Source: Macrostomum hystrix (lineage: Eukaryota; Animalia; Platyhelminthes). Taken from it: a DNA stretch of 64,000 nt. Made by a program: the position numbers and the translations under genes. The notes under the pieces are model-generated. The model saw only the letters and a list, made by a program, of their open reading frames with translations. It searched no databases and had not been told where the DNA came from. Location: NCBI GenBank assembly GCA_950097015.1, contig CATNEN010000038.1, positions 310,001 to 374,000 on the forward strand, in the 5' to 3' direction. Positions 1-12,689 of this stretch are shown piece after piece (within the stretch, counting starts at the first letter, position 1; each line of letters opens with the position of its first letter).

Positions 1-65
1 GAAAATTGATTGATTCGCAAGGCGCAACTCACTAACCAAAATAAGCAGAAAATCGGTCCAACATT

Positions 66-245
66 CTGATTAGCGACTTGACTCGCGACTTGAAGGTCGA
101 GGGTTCGATTCCCGACACCACAGGTAAATTTTTTGTCCTTTAGCAAGACAATTGACTCTGCATTGCTTCAGTTCACCCAGCTGTTAAATGAGTACCAGCA
201 TCAGCTGGGGTAATTGTGGGTGGGTGTGGCGTCCCACCCAATCCA
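66..245 (+). mobile_element. tRNA-derived SINE, family A (copy 1)
   Basis: Pol III B-box GGTTCGATTCC at ~103, then GTCCTTTAGCAAGACA...GCTTCAGTTCACCCAGCTGTTAAATGAGTACCAGCA, which resembles conserved invertebrate SINE central domains. Related copies at ~52850-53005 (+) and ~62845-63003 (-). Confidence 0.6.
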
Positions 246-540
246 AAGAATTCCGATTCTATGGAAAATAAACTCCGAGACTGCCTACTTGTGGTCGGGA
301 ACTTTCGACCATAGAACCGGAATTCAGCGACTGTTGTAAAATTTAAACTACTTGAAACACTCTGCAGAACTAAATAGCAGAGGTTTTAATTAATAAAATC
401 ATAGAAAAAGGTTCATATAATTGGCCTAGTTTTTTAGTCATGATTTGTGAGACCAGACCATAGACCAGGCAAACTTATTGAGGTGTAGACCACGGCGAGA
501 ACCTAAACGACGACAGCAGGCCACATTAACTGTAGGAATA

Positions 541-745
541 TGAGACAGGGAGAGATGAGACAGGGGAGAGATGAGACAGGGGAGAGATGAGACAGGGGAG
601 AGATCAGACAGGGGAGAGATCAGACAGGGGAGAGATGAGACAGAGGTGAGATGAGACGGGAGAGATGAGACAGGGGAGAGATGAGACAGGGGAGAGATGA
701 GACAGGGGAGAGATAAGACAGAGGTGATCGATGAGACAGGGAGAG
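541..745. repeat. 18-bp purine-rich minisatellite (GAGACAGGGGAGAGATGA)n
   Basis: Direct tandem repetition, ~11 units. Confidence 0.9.
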
Positions 746-950
746 ATTAGTCCGAGGAGAGTTGAGACAAGATACGGTTGGAAGGGGCAACGAGCCGGAT
801 TTGGGAGCTTCGAGGGCCGCATCTGGCGGAGTTTGCTGCAGCCCCTGCCATAGACAAATAAAATGGAGACTTCCTACTCATCCTTAAAAGGTCATTTTTG
901 GACGCAGTGCATTCCCTGTCCTTTATCTACCATAACGTAACTGTGGGTCC

Positions 951-1065
951 AGGAGGTCGGTGGCAGAGCGGTTAACGCGTTTACGTCTCGGACCAAGGTC
1001 CCTGAGCTCGATTCCGCGGCGAGGCCACATTCATTTGGGGCTTAGCCGCGAAGAGAAGGCTTGGG
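951..1065 (+). mobile_element. tRNA-derived SINE, family B (5' head)
   Basis: A-box GGTGGCAGAGCGG and B-box-like GCTCGATTCC followed by GAGGCCACATT..TTTGGGGC; matches the 46052 and 55688 copies. Confidence 0.65.
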
Positions 1066-1861
1066 CATGGTTGTTGTCTATGGTCAAAGCCGGAGTGGCT
1101 GGTCAAGGAATGTCTATATAACAACCAGCTGGTGTGTGGCAGAATCATGCTAGCTTGTATAACAGAGACTTTAGCTGACCACTCCCGTGCATTCCTGGGC
1201 TTGTCAAAACGAATTAGTGGCAAATTGTCCAAGGAAAGCGCAGGCAGACAGAAGACAGTAAGTTGAAAGCGATTCGGGCCTCGCATACGGAGACAGCTGC
1301 CTCCCAGTATTTGGAATCCCACAGAGACCCGGCACTGAGTGGAATGGGCTATTAAAACCTCGTAATAATATGCTAGGGGGCCAACAAGCGAAGTCTTCTT
1401 CTGCTGTTTGTTGCTATCGATGTTACTGCCGCTGTGATAATGGCAGACTCTATGTGCTTTCAGAGTCAAATATCTATTACGAGCTATAGGTTGGAGGATA
1501 AGGCAAGTCAAATGAATGATGACAAACGCGAAGAGGTTGTTGAAAGATTTTGTTGGCGAGAGGAGCTTACAAGATACGAGGGCGCAGAGGTGAAGGGGCC
1601 ATTTCCTGTTCTTAGTTTTTAATGGGATATTGTTGCAAAACCATTAAGGAACAGCTGCTGGAAGGCCTAATGAAGGCAGCTCACTTATTTCAGCTGAAAG
1701 CAGAACATGTTTAATGCATTTCCCTGTCTGCTTGCTGTTTTTTTTTCGGGGCTGAGACAGGTATTTGGAAATGATAATAGTGATGTGTGATACCTGATTG
1801 CTTGTTTAGCGAGTGCTGCCTGTGCTTTTGATAATTGATACACTTTTGCTGGTCTTTACAA

Positions 1862-2130
1862 GGCTGCTTCAGAATAAATCCTTCAGGTGCTTCAGTATGA
1901 TTCCTTCAGGTGCTTCAGTATAAATCCCTCAGGTGCTTCATTATAATTCCCTCAGGTGCTTCAGTATAATTCCCTCAGGTGCTTCAGGATAACTCCCTCC
2001 TCCCTCCTCCCTCCTCCCTCCCTCCTGAGGTGCTTCAGTGCGATTCCCTCAGATGATTCAGTATTATTCCCTCAGGTGCTTCAGTATAATTCCCTCAGGT
2101 GGCTTCAGGATAACTCCCTCAGGTGCTTCA
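1862..2130. repeat. ~23-bp minisatellite (TCCCTCAGGTGCTTCAGTATAAT)n
   Basis: Degenerate tandem units. Confidence 0.85.
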
Positions 2131-2714
2131 GAGCGAAGTTAGCAATCTGGTGAGCTAGTAAGTTTTTCAAAAGATCTCAAGCAACCCATTTTTATACAGC
2201 AGTTCTCTCTCGTGTCACAGACCAGCATGAGGCCTGTGACAGCATGTCAGAATTGTGACAGGCCACTCAAATATATTCTCTCTGATGACCAAACTCCTGC
2301 CTGTTAAATGGGCCACATAATGTCCATCATTCTCTTTCGCTTACAATTCGACACGAAATCTTTCCTAGAAATCTCGGGGTGTCGACATTTATCCGCTGAT
2401 TGATAAGGATCATATTTCTTTTGAGCAATGGCTAAATCTGCGCTGACTGGAGCACAGAATTGACAAAGCTCTACTCGTTTGGTCTCACACGTGTAATTAT
2501 AGGACTCCCAATAGAAACTATTGCGGCTTCGCGGAATAGACTCGTGACAACAGGCCCTGTCTGTTCCAGGTGGACTGGATCGTTCGTTCTTTCATTCATG
2601 TCATTCATGTCGAGTCATATTTTATATCATTTTCAATTTTGCCCCACTTACAAAACACGTGAAGGGGCTTGTGTTCTCAATCTATTTTTTTGACCGATAT
2701 AATCGAATTTGTAT

Positions 2715-3300
2715 TTTATCGATAGGTTTTTTGTCTATTATCGATCCAATTTTATCGATTATCGATCCACTTTTGTATATTATCGATCCTCTTTTGTATA
2801 TTATCGATCCTCTTTTGTATATTATCGATCCACTTTTGTATATTATCGATCCAGTTTTGTTTATTATCGATCCAATTTTATCGATTATCGATCCACTTTT
2901 GTATATTGTCGATCCACTTTTGTATATTATCGATCCAGTTTTGCATATTATCGATCCAATTTTATCGATTATCGATCCGATTTTATCGATTATCGATCCA
3001 CTTTTGTATATTATCGATCCACTTTTGTATATTATCGATCCACTTTTGTATATTATCGATCCAGTTTTGTATATTATCGATTTAATTTTATCGATTATCG
3101 ATCCGATTTTATCGATTATCGATCCACTTTTGTATATTATCAATCCTCTTTTATCTATTATCAATGCATTTTCAGATAATATGCAAAGTACATATCAATT
3201 ATCGATCCTTTATTTGTATTCTATAATATATTAAATTATCAAACTGTTATCGATCGACTATCGATCCGTTATCGATCCGATTTCACTTACTATCGATCCT
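2715..3300. repeat. 21-bp minisatellite (TATTATCGATCCACTTTTGTA)n
   Basis: Tandem units; explains the IIDPLLY/IIYKSGS/FVYYRST ORFs. Confidence 0.9.
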
Positions 3301-4074
3301 TTATGCTATAAGTCTGTATCTACGAAATCGAAACCGTGATCGAATCGCTGAATATCTCGACGATGCCGATGTTCTGTGATTCTGGAAGTTTTTTTCATCG
3401 GACGGAGCGGAAAAGTTAAGCCCGTGTTCTGCATCTCCATGGCGATTGGTTGAACCTTTTAGGAGTTCCAGACAAAAGAAAAATGTGGCTATTTGAAATC
3501 CCCCCTGGTCTTCTGTTAACAGTCGAAGATTCATTGACGTGAAAATTAACTGAAATCCTTCGCTGCACTAACCCTTATGCCAGGTGCTAAGCAGGACAAA
3601 GACTACAAGAACAGAGACTTGCATCTGGACCCGCGGGGGTCATAAAAGTGTGATTCCTCTACGCACAGAGACTTCAATTTTAGTTTCCTGGGATGAGAAA
3701 TTTTGCTACTCAAAAGGTTGGGGAGTGATTTAACAATAAAATCCTGAGCAGTTTTATAGCTAGCTTGCTCAGAAAGAGCCAGTCAATTAATTACAGCGGA
3801 GAATTGCGGTCTATCACACAGTTTGACAATAAGACTATGAGGTCTTTGTTGATGCCGGCCAAACAATTCTATGAAAAAAACGCAAGACGACAGGAAGTTG
3901 GTGTAAGCGAGTCTTTACTCAGGGTCGGCTGGCGCCTTCCTACATGGTCTGAAAGCCTTCCTGCTAGACCCGAAGGACTAAATTGCTTTCTACATTTAGT
4001 GCGATCCATGAACAATATGACAGTTTCCTGAAAACCCGAGAGCCGCCTGAAGGCCATTAGGGTCTCCTGAATGA

Positions 4075-4660
4075 CATGAAGGCTTCCTGAAGAACCTGAC
4101 GGCTTCCTGAAGAACCTGACGGCTTCATGAAGAACCTGACGGCTTCCTGAAGAACCTAACGGCTTCATGAAGAACCTGACGGCTTCCTGAAGAACCTGAC
4201 GGCTTCATGAAGAACCTGACAGCTTCATGAAGAACCTGACAGCTTCATGAAGAACCTGACGGCTTCCTGAGGAACCTGACGGCTTCATGAAGAACCTGAC
4301 AGCTTCATGAAGAACCTGACGGCTTCATGAAGAACCTGACAGCTTCATGAAGAACCTGACGGCTTCATGAAGAACCTGACGGCTTCCTGAGGAACCTGAC
4401 GGCTTCCTGAGGAACCTGACGGCTTCCTGAGGAACCTGACGGCTTCATGAAGGATTCTAGGCCTCCAGAGAGACATGTCGGCTGTCATAAGGATCTGAAC
4501 GTTTTTCTGGAGGACATGAAGGATTCCTGAAGGACATGAAGGATTCCTGAAGGACATGAAGGATTCCTGAAGGACATGAAGGATTCCTGAAGGACGTGAA
4601 GGATTCCTGAAGGACATGAAGGATTCCTGAATGACATGAATGATTCCTGAAGGACCTGAG
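4075..4660. repeat. Two adjacent related 20-bp minisatellites (GGCTTCCTGAAGAACCTGAC)n and (GGATTCCTGAAGGACATGAA)n
   Basis: Tandem units at 4075-4450 and 4510-4660. Confidence 0.9.
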
Positions 4661-5267
4661 TGCCTTTTTAAGAAGTTTGAAAGAGTTCGTCATTTAAGTC
4701 TACTTCCTGAAGAAACTAAGGTGGGCAAGGATTTTCGAAGATTAGTGGTTTTCTGAAAGGACTAGATCGAGCGTCATGGTTCCAAAGTCAACCAGTAAGC
4801 CTAACTATTTAACAAACATATTCGCTGATTTACAGTCAGACAGACAGTCGTTAGTTGATCCAGGCACCAAAGATTGACACATTTGACAAGATCACAGTGT
4901 CAAGATAACACTGGTACAGACGATTTTCCATTGAACAGATACATCGGGCAGTCTTTGTTGGACAAAGAGCATTGCTTGGCCAATTAAGGATTTAGTGCAA
5001 GCATAAATTGGCTGACCGCAGACAATGATATTTTACCTTTCAGGGGGTTATTTCAAGAGGATTGTATTTATGGATAATTTCTCTCTGGACAGCAAATTTT
5101 CGAATTGAACAAAAACTCTAAAGTGACTAAGACTGATTCATTGCTCAGTGTCATTGTTCGGTAGTTTTCGTTGGACTTGTTGGTGTCAAAATTGCAACAA
5201 AATAAATATAAAACAAAAAATGGATACCACCTGAAAACTTTTCAAACCGAATATCAAATATTGGAAC

Positions 5268-5772
5268 CCTGTTAGACAGCATTCTAAAACTGTTAGACAC
5301 GATTCTAAACCTGTTAGACACAATCTCATACCTGTTAGACACAATCTCAGACCTGTTAGACACATTCTCATACCTGTTAGACACAATCTCATACCTGTTA
5401 GACACAATCTCAAACCTGTAAGACACAATCTCAAACCTGTAAGACACAATCTCATACCTGTTAGACACTATCTTAAACCTGTTAGACACAATCTCATACC
5501 TGTTAGACACTATCTTAAACCTGTTAGACACAATCTCATACCTGTTAGACACAATCTTAAACCTGTTAGACACAATCTCATACCTGTTAGACACTATCTT
5601 AAACCTGTTAGACACAATCTCATACCTGTTAGGCACAATCTCAAACCTGTAAGACACAATCTCATACCTGTTAGACACAATCTCATACCTGTTAGACACA
5701 ATCTCAAACCTGTTAGACACAATCTCATACCTGTTAGACACAATCTCAAACCTGTTAGACACTTTTTAGACA
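5268..5772. repeat. 21-bp minisatellite (CCTGTTAGACACAATCTCATA)n
   Basis: About 24 tandem units. Confidence 0.9.
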
Positions 5773-6090
5773 CATAGCGAATTTTTAGCACTCACCCCTG
5801 TGCAGGGTTCCCGCAACGCTGACTAGATATTAGCACGTTAGTTTTGTAATTTTTCGCATTAGCACATTCTCATTGTTTCCTGTTCGGATGAATTAGTTTA
5901 ACTGCTTTAGACTTAAAAGCGAAAATTGAGTGAAAATGATTCGTAACTGGCTATGGTAACAGCGTGCTGCGGTGGTGTGACATTATATTCAAAAGCTTAA
6001 TTGTTTTCTATTCTTCTGAAATAATTCTCACTTTCGTGATATCACTTCAGAGCTCTGTGGGCAAAGATGCTTTATTTCATACTCACTTTT

Positions 6091-6310
6091 ACCTGCGATG
6101 GCACATCATTTGGTGGCACTAGACCCGCAGCCAGCGAGGAGGCAATTCTGTCCATTTCGCTGACTCCTGAGCACACACACACACCGATACTGTACGCAAG
6201 CACACACTCACACAGGTGTGTACATCTGCCCTGATTTTCTCATCGTCATGTGGCCTCGTTGTGCAATCTTAGGGACCTTGGCGCGAGAAGCAAACGCGTT
6301 ACACCCCCCT
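6091..6310 (-). mobile_element. SINE family B copy (internally deleted)
   Basis: Reverse complement matches 46052-46395 (e.g. CTCAGGAGTCAG..GAATTGCCTCCTCGCTGGCTGCGGGTCTAG). Confidence 0.7.
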
Positions 6311-7244
6311 GGCTTAATTGCACAGTATTCGTTAAAGTCTTCGAATCGAATCGACAGGGTTAGAAGTCTGGGTTTACTGTGCTTACACCTAGTCCATGGA
6401 CTGAGCAGTTGTACACAGCTTTTGGTATTCCAATCAATTTTTTAGTGTAAAGTTACCGAAAGTGTTCGAACATTTTTCAAGAATTAAAAAAATTCATAAT
6501 AATCAGAAAAACAGTGCTAATTATTAATTATTAGATGCTAACCAAACGACCAGTTAACGAATAGTAACGGAAGTTACAAAATGATATTTCAGAAATCAAA
6601 CTCGAAAATGAAAAGAATTTGTGAGAACTTTTTTGAGCTTCTCTCTGACATTTCCAAGAAACTTGACCAGCGATTCCGATATCATATAGCCTGCATGGTA
6701 TAACAAACTCGATATCCTTATTCAATTTTAGTAATCCACTTCAGTTTGTGCTTGGCTAGCTAGATGTTGAAGTGAAAAAGTCAGGAAGGCAAAATCATTT
6801 TAGATGCATGAGTATATCTAATTAAGCTCATTATTGATTTCTCTTGGTATCTAGCAGTCTGAGAGGCAAATTAAATTTCGCTTGCTATAAATACTACTGC
6901 TAGTAACAGGAAAGCGGGTTAAAATTATTTTTGCGCAAAAAACTAGTGAAGTAATTATTTTGGATAAAATATTTTTAACCCTAGAAACAAGCATTAAAAA
7001 AGCAAATATTTCAAGAAAAAACGACTCAGTAAAAAAATGTCCCAAATTTTCTAGCACAAAAATTCTGATTAAGTATCGAAATGACAACAAACAAAACTGA
7101 AATAAAGACTGAAGTAAAGCTACTACCTACAGCAGTACCATGCGATTGATAAACCATTTACAGAAAAAAACAGTTAGCTTTTTAGTCTATGGCCAAAACT
7201 CTATCATGCGCAATATAATGCGCCTTTTCAGAGGCCGAGTGTTT

Positions 7245-7593
7245 TGTTTCAATCCCTTCAGGTGTTTCAATACCTTCAGGTGTTTCAATACCTTCAGGTG
7301 TTTCAATACCTTCAGGTGTCTCAATACCTTCAGGTGTTTCAATACCTTCAGGTGTTTCAATACCTTCAGGTGTCTCAATACCTTCAGGTGTTTCAATACC
7401 TTCAGGTGTTTCAATACCTTCAGGTGTTTCAATACCTTCAGGTGTTGCAATACCTTCAGGTGTTTCAATACCTTCAGGTGTTTCAATACCTTCAGGTGTT
7501 TCAATACCTTCAGGTGTTTCAATACCTTCAGATGTTTCAATACCTTCAGGTGTTTGAATACCTTCAGGTGTTTCATTTACATTCAGGTGTTTC
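7245..7593. repeat. 18-bp minisatellite (TACCTTCAGGTGTTTCAA)n
   Basis: About 19 units, immediately downstream of the Amt stop codon. Confidence 0.9.
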
Positions 7594-7636
7594 AGCCAGA
7601 TGCTTAAAGTCTCTTTTATTTTAAGATTTTTAAGTC

Positions 7637-10600
7637 TTAAAATCTAACTTGAGTATCCGTATGACTTTCAGCAGCGCTGCAATTTGATTCCTTGCTTGTT
7701 GAACAAGAGTTCCCACCGCTGACCCCGTCGCTGATGGTTCGAATCGCGGCGCCAACCTCAGGCAGGCTCATGTCGTTGAACAGTCGATCGCGTTCCCTTG
7801 TGCTCGGAATGACGCGGTGGTTCTGGATGGCTGTGCCAACACGCTTGGAGATCTCTGCGGTTGGTTGGGATGGGTTTTGAGGTTTGGAAGGATGGGTTTT
7901 GAGGTTTGGAAGGATGGGTTTTGAGGTTTGGAAGGATGGGTTTTGAGGTTTGGAAGGATGGGTTTTGAGGTTTGGAAGGATGGGTTTTGAGGTTTGGAAG
8001 GATGGGTTTTGAGGTTTGGATGGATGGGTTTTGAGGTTTGGAAGGATGGGTTTTGAGGTTTGGAAGGATGGGTTTTGAGGTTTGGAAGGATGGGTTTTGA
8101 GGTTTGGAAGGATGGGTTTTGAGGTTTGGATGGATGGGTTTTGAGGTTTGGAAGGATGGGTTTTGAGGTTTGGAAGGATGGGTTTTGAGGTTTGGATGGA
8201 TGGGTTTTGAGGTTTGGAAGGATGGGTTTTGAGGTTTGGAAGGATGGGTTTTGAGGTTTGGAAGGATGGGTTTTGAGGTTTGGAAGGATGGGTTTTGAGG
8301 TTTGGAAGGATGGGTTTTGAGGTTTGGAAGGATGGGTTTTGAGGTTTGGAAGGATGGGTTTTGGGGTTTCGAAGGATGGGTTTCGAGATTTGTTAGGATG
8401 GGTTTTGAGGTTTCGAAGGATGGGTTTTGAGATTTGTTAGGTTGGGTTTTGAGATTTGCTAGGATGGGTTTTGAGGCGATAAAAAATGATCAGCCGTCGA
8501 CTCACTCTGCCTCCGTCTCTGGCTGAACACCTCCATGCCAACGAATGACAGCTCAGGTATCTCTGCGGGTTTTTAATTACGGAGCGAGTGGTCAATATCT
8601 CATATATATATGGTCTATGTATATGTGGTTTCCATGGCAACCTTCAGTTTATAGATGATAGAATGCGGCGAAATAGCAGGGGGCTGAAGGTCCTGTCTGG
8701 GCATAGTACAAGAAGTGAGCCAGTTATCCACGACCTCTACACCTAATATTCGGAGATTCTAAGGCTAGGATTCGAACTCCAGACCTATCGCTCGCATCAC
8801 TCACTCTCTCCCCAGCCGTGCCCGTAGGCCATAAGCGGATAGGCCGGCTCTCCGTGCTTGGGAATGTCCAGGCCCTTCTCCTCGATCTCGGCAGGCACGC
8901 GGAACATGCCCAGCAGGTGCAGGATCCCGAAGATGATGAAGGAGGCTGCGGCCGACCAGCCCGCGATGGCGCTGGCCCCGATGAGCTGCCAGAGCAGGTT
9001 CATGCCTCCCTGCGGACTGGCGCTGAACACCAGGCCGTCCTCAGTGTTCAGGAACGGCACCATCAGCAGGCCCAGGAGGCCGCCGCCGAAGTGAACGCCG
9101 ACAGCTTCGAGGGGGTCGTCGACTCGCAGAGCGAGGACAATCCGAGCCCCGGCCAGGTAGAAAAAGGGCGCCAAGGAGCCCACAATCACGGCGCCCCAGG
9201 GCTCGTATTCGTTGCAGCCGGCGCAGATACCCACCATGCCTGGAGAATTCGGGATTGATTCGGGATTGATTCGGGATTGATTCGGGATTGATTCGGGATT
9301 GATTCGGGATTGATTCGGGATTGATTCGGGATTGATTTGGGATTATTTGGGATTGATTTGAGATTGATTCGGGTCGTTCGGGATTTTTCGTGGAATTGTT
9401 CAGTTTTTAGTTGGGTTTCCTGCGGATCTGAAGTTTGTCTGCTCACCTGCTAGAGCTCCGTTAACAGCGCTGAGAAGTGACCAGGTCTTTGAGTGCAATC
9501 TCACCACAACCAGGGTGGTCAGGGCCGCCACGCAGCCGCTGATGCAGGTGTTAAGCATGGCGGTGGCAACAATCACGCCATCGCCCTTGCCCGTGATGTG
9601 CTTCGTCGAGCCGCCGTTGAAGGCGAAGAAGCCGAAGAACAGAATGAACGCGCCGAGGCAAACCACTGGCACGGAGTGGCCGCGAATGTCCCGAGGCTCC
9701 CCTGTGGCAGCGTCGAAGCGATGAAGGCGCGGCTTGAGGATGAAGGCGGCCACGAAGGCTGAAGTACCGCCGAGCAGATGAACAACTCCAGAGCCAGCAT
9801 AGTCCTTGGGTATTGATTAAGATCTTTAAGGATTCTTTTGGATAGTTTGGGATCATTTGGGATAGTTTGGGATCATTTGGGATAGTTTGGGATCATTTGG
9901 GATAGTTTGGGATCATTTGGGATAGTTTGGGATCATTTGGGATAGTTTGGGATCATTTGGGATAGTTTGGGATCATTTGGGATAGTTTGGGATCATTTGG
10001 GATAGTTTGGGATCATTTGGGATAGTTTGGGATCATTTGGGATAGTTTGGGATCATTTGGGATAGTTTGGGATCATTCGGGATAGTTTGGGATCATTTGG
10101 GATAGTTTGGGATCATTCGGGATAGTTTGGGATCATTTGGGATAGTTTGGGATCATTCGGGATAGTTTGGGATCATTTGGGATAGTTTGGGATCATTTGG
10201 GATAGTTTGGGATCATTTGGGATAGTTTGGGATCATTCGGGATAGTTTGGGATCATTCGGGATAGTTTGGGATCATTCGGGATAGTTTGGGATCATTTGG
10301 GATAGTTTGGGATCATTTGGGATAGTTTGGGATCATTCGGGATAGTTTGGGATCATTTAGGATTTCTGGAATCATGTGGGATAGTTTGGGATCATTTGAC
10401 ATAGTTTCGGGTCATTTGGGATAGTGTGTCATCATTTAGGATGGTGTGGGATCGTTTAGGATAGTGTAGACAAAATATCAACTAGACTACGAGCGACGTT
10501 GGTCCATCTTAATTCTGCTATCAGGCAGCCTGAAAGATGAACTGCCGAATATAGTACTTTAACTGCAGTGCGAGGGCCCTTGACTGTCTATTTATTATTG

Positions 10601-12030
10601 TAACTTGAACTGAGTGGAGAGGGGTTGGCGGACGAAAACAAGACTGGGGTTGGGGTGCGCGACTGGGGTAAGAGAAACAGTCTAGGTGTGAGGCGGACCA
10701 ATCAGAAGGCGGCGGAAAGAGATCAAAGGTAGAGGTAGAGAACCAGACAGAGTTAGAGCAAGGTGAGAACTGACAGTGAAGAATCGGAAGTAAACAGACG
10801 AGAGTGCAGAGGAACGAGAGAAGAGGCATCAAAAGTCGCTACAGATAGTGTGGGATGGCTTGGTGATACCTTAAATCCAGCGCTGCCAACGTATCCATCC
10901 CAGTAGGAGATGTTCTGCATGCCCTTGTGCAGCCATCCCGACTCAGTCCAGGCCCAGTGGGTGGCTATCGGATAAGCGAAGCCTGCATTATATTCGGTGG
11001 GGCGACAACGATTTAAAATTGTGAACTACTATAAGTAGTGAAATTCGCTATCTGGGGCTTAGATAAGTACGAGCGTACTCGTGTTAAAACTTCTCAAAAT
11101 ATGAAACTTCCTAAGTCTGTAAAAATGTAAAAAATAAATAAATAATAATAAATAATACGATTTTGATTTATTAACCATCAGCACGATAGGCTAACCTGCT
11201 ATGAGCACAGTGTAGATCATGTACGCGGCAAATTCGCACCGCTCGGCCACAGCTCCGCTAACGATGGTAGCCGATGTTGACGCGAAAACGTAGTTAAGAA
11301 ACACGTGCGAATAATTGCTGCTGGACAGATTGTGCAGCGCCCAGTAGCGAGTGCCGCAGAAGAAGCTTCCCGGCTCTCCGAAGGCTAAAGCGTAGCCGAA
11401 TAGATAGTAGGCTATGCCGCCCACAACTAAGAGAAATGCGGAAGGGTTTGGATTCCTATCAATATAGTGTACATTCAGCAACTTAACTGGCCATAAAATA
11501 TTCCAAGATGGGGAGGTGGTGGTCGCAGAATCTCTTCTTGTTTGAAATGTACACTCGCACATGGACTTGTGCACTTGAGGTTGTCGCTTGCGGAATCTCT
11601 TCACCCTGTAATGTACATTCCACCAACTGGCCATAGATTATGCGCACATGAGGTTGTCGCTTGCGGAACCTCTTCACTCTAGGAATGTACGTCCATTTTA
11701 CTGAACAAAGACTGCAGTTGATCGTGAAGTCACTCGTGGAGTCCTATATCCAAGTGAATATAGGGCCAGAAAAAGAGTGTGGGGCGCGTTACACTTACAA
11801 GAGTCCATCATGTTCTTAATGAGAATGTTGGTGACATTCTTGGACCGAACAGCGCCGGCCTCCAGGAAGGCAAAGCCGCACTGCATGAACCAGATCAGGA
11901 TAGAGGCGACGCAGCGGAAATAATCGTTCAGCGAATCGTCTGTGGCGCCGACTTTTTTCTCCAGCTCATGCAGCTTCTCGCTCAGTTGGCTAAGGTTGCC
12001 GAGCAGTATCTCCTTATTGTCCGGTGACAT
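7637..12030 (-). CDS. amt: Ammonium transporter (Amt family), 7 exons, ~547 aa
   Basis: Exons 12030-11799, 11426-11196, 10982-10870, 9804-9447, 9239-8805, 8562-8506, 7854-7637; all GT-AG, phases compatible, 1644 nt. Motifs: MQCGFAFLEAGAVRSKN, TIVSGAVAER, YPIATHWAW, DYAGSGVVHLLGG, GFFAFNGGS, VDDPLEAVGVH, GLDIPKHGEPAYP; both pore His residues present. The last two exons are supported only by splice sites and frame. Confidence 0.93.
7866..8476. repeat. 22-bp minisatellite (GGATGGGTTTTGAGGTTTGGAA)n in Amt intron 6
   Basis: About 27 units filling almost the whole intron. Confidence 0.92.
9247..9385. repeat. 11-bp minisatellite (GATTCGGGATT)n in Amt intron 4
   Basis: Tandem units abutting the acceptor. 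Confidence 0.88.
9838..10464. repeat. 20-bp minisatellite (GGATAGTTTGGGATCATTTG)n in Amt intron 3
   Basis: About 30 units, itself a dimer of related 10-mers. Confidence 0.92.
10465..10843 (-). mobile_element. Solo LTR (379 bp) with 5-bp TSD
   Basis: Termini TGTAG...CTACA, flanked by GATAG at 10460-10464 and 10844-10848; AATAAA on the minus strand near 10590. Confidence 0.75.
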
Positions 12031-12689
12031 GGTCCCACTTCTAGACTAGAGACCTGCAGTTCAAGACCTCCGTTCGTCAGCTCGAATTTGTCCACCAGCT
12101 CGGCAAGAGCCGTTAATTTATTTATTCGACCAACCCGACACCCAAGCCTTATCTTGAAGGAGTTGAAAAACATTCAAGCGCTAGCGCTGCTGGTTATCGC
12201 CGACCACTTTTTTTACAGCTCAACTCAAGCTTCCCTAAACAAACTGGCCCTATCAGAGATAGCCAAGGCAAACATGGGAGGATGTACGTGCGAGCTAGTG
12301 CGCGTGAAAACTGTACTTGGCACGCCTTTTTAACTAGCACCAGCTGTAAATCTTTGCGTTTTTAGATAGGCAGCGATTTTCCTATTAATCTGTCATCTAA
12401 CGGGTCTAATTGGTTGCTATAATTTGACCTTAGATTTGCATTTAGTCTCTGTGGCCTGATGTTGACTGCACTTGTCCTAAATTTATCCTGCAAATAGATA
12501 AACCGATAGAGCTTTTCATTCGATTTGATTTTTTAACACCGTCATCAACCGCATCAACCAAGTACGTACGTCATCCGGCTCAGACCAGAGCACCCAGTAA
12601 TCAGCATGCGTTATCAGATTCAGAATCATGATATGTCATGATTTCTTGAAAAGATAGCATGCGATTTCCAGGAGAAAGAATGACTTTTC

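Noticed and set aside
951-1030. tRNA gene
   Set aside because: A/B boxes present but no clean cloverleaf; followed by a repeated SINE body.
5041-5800. hAT-like CAGGG...CCCTG ends around the 21-bp array
   Set aside because: Only 5-6 bp match and no target-site duplication.
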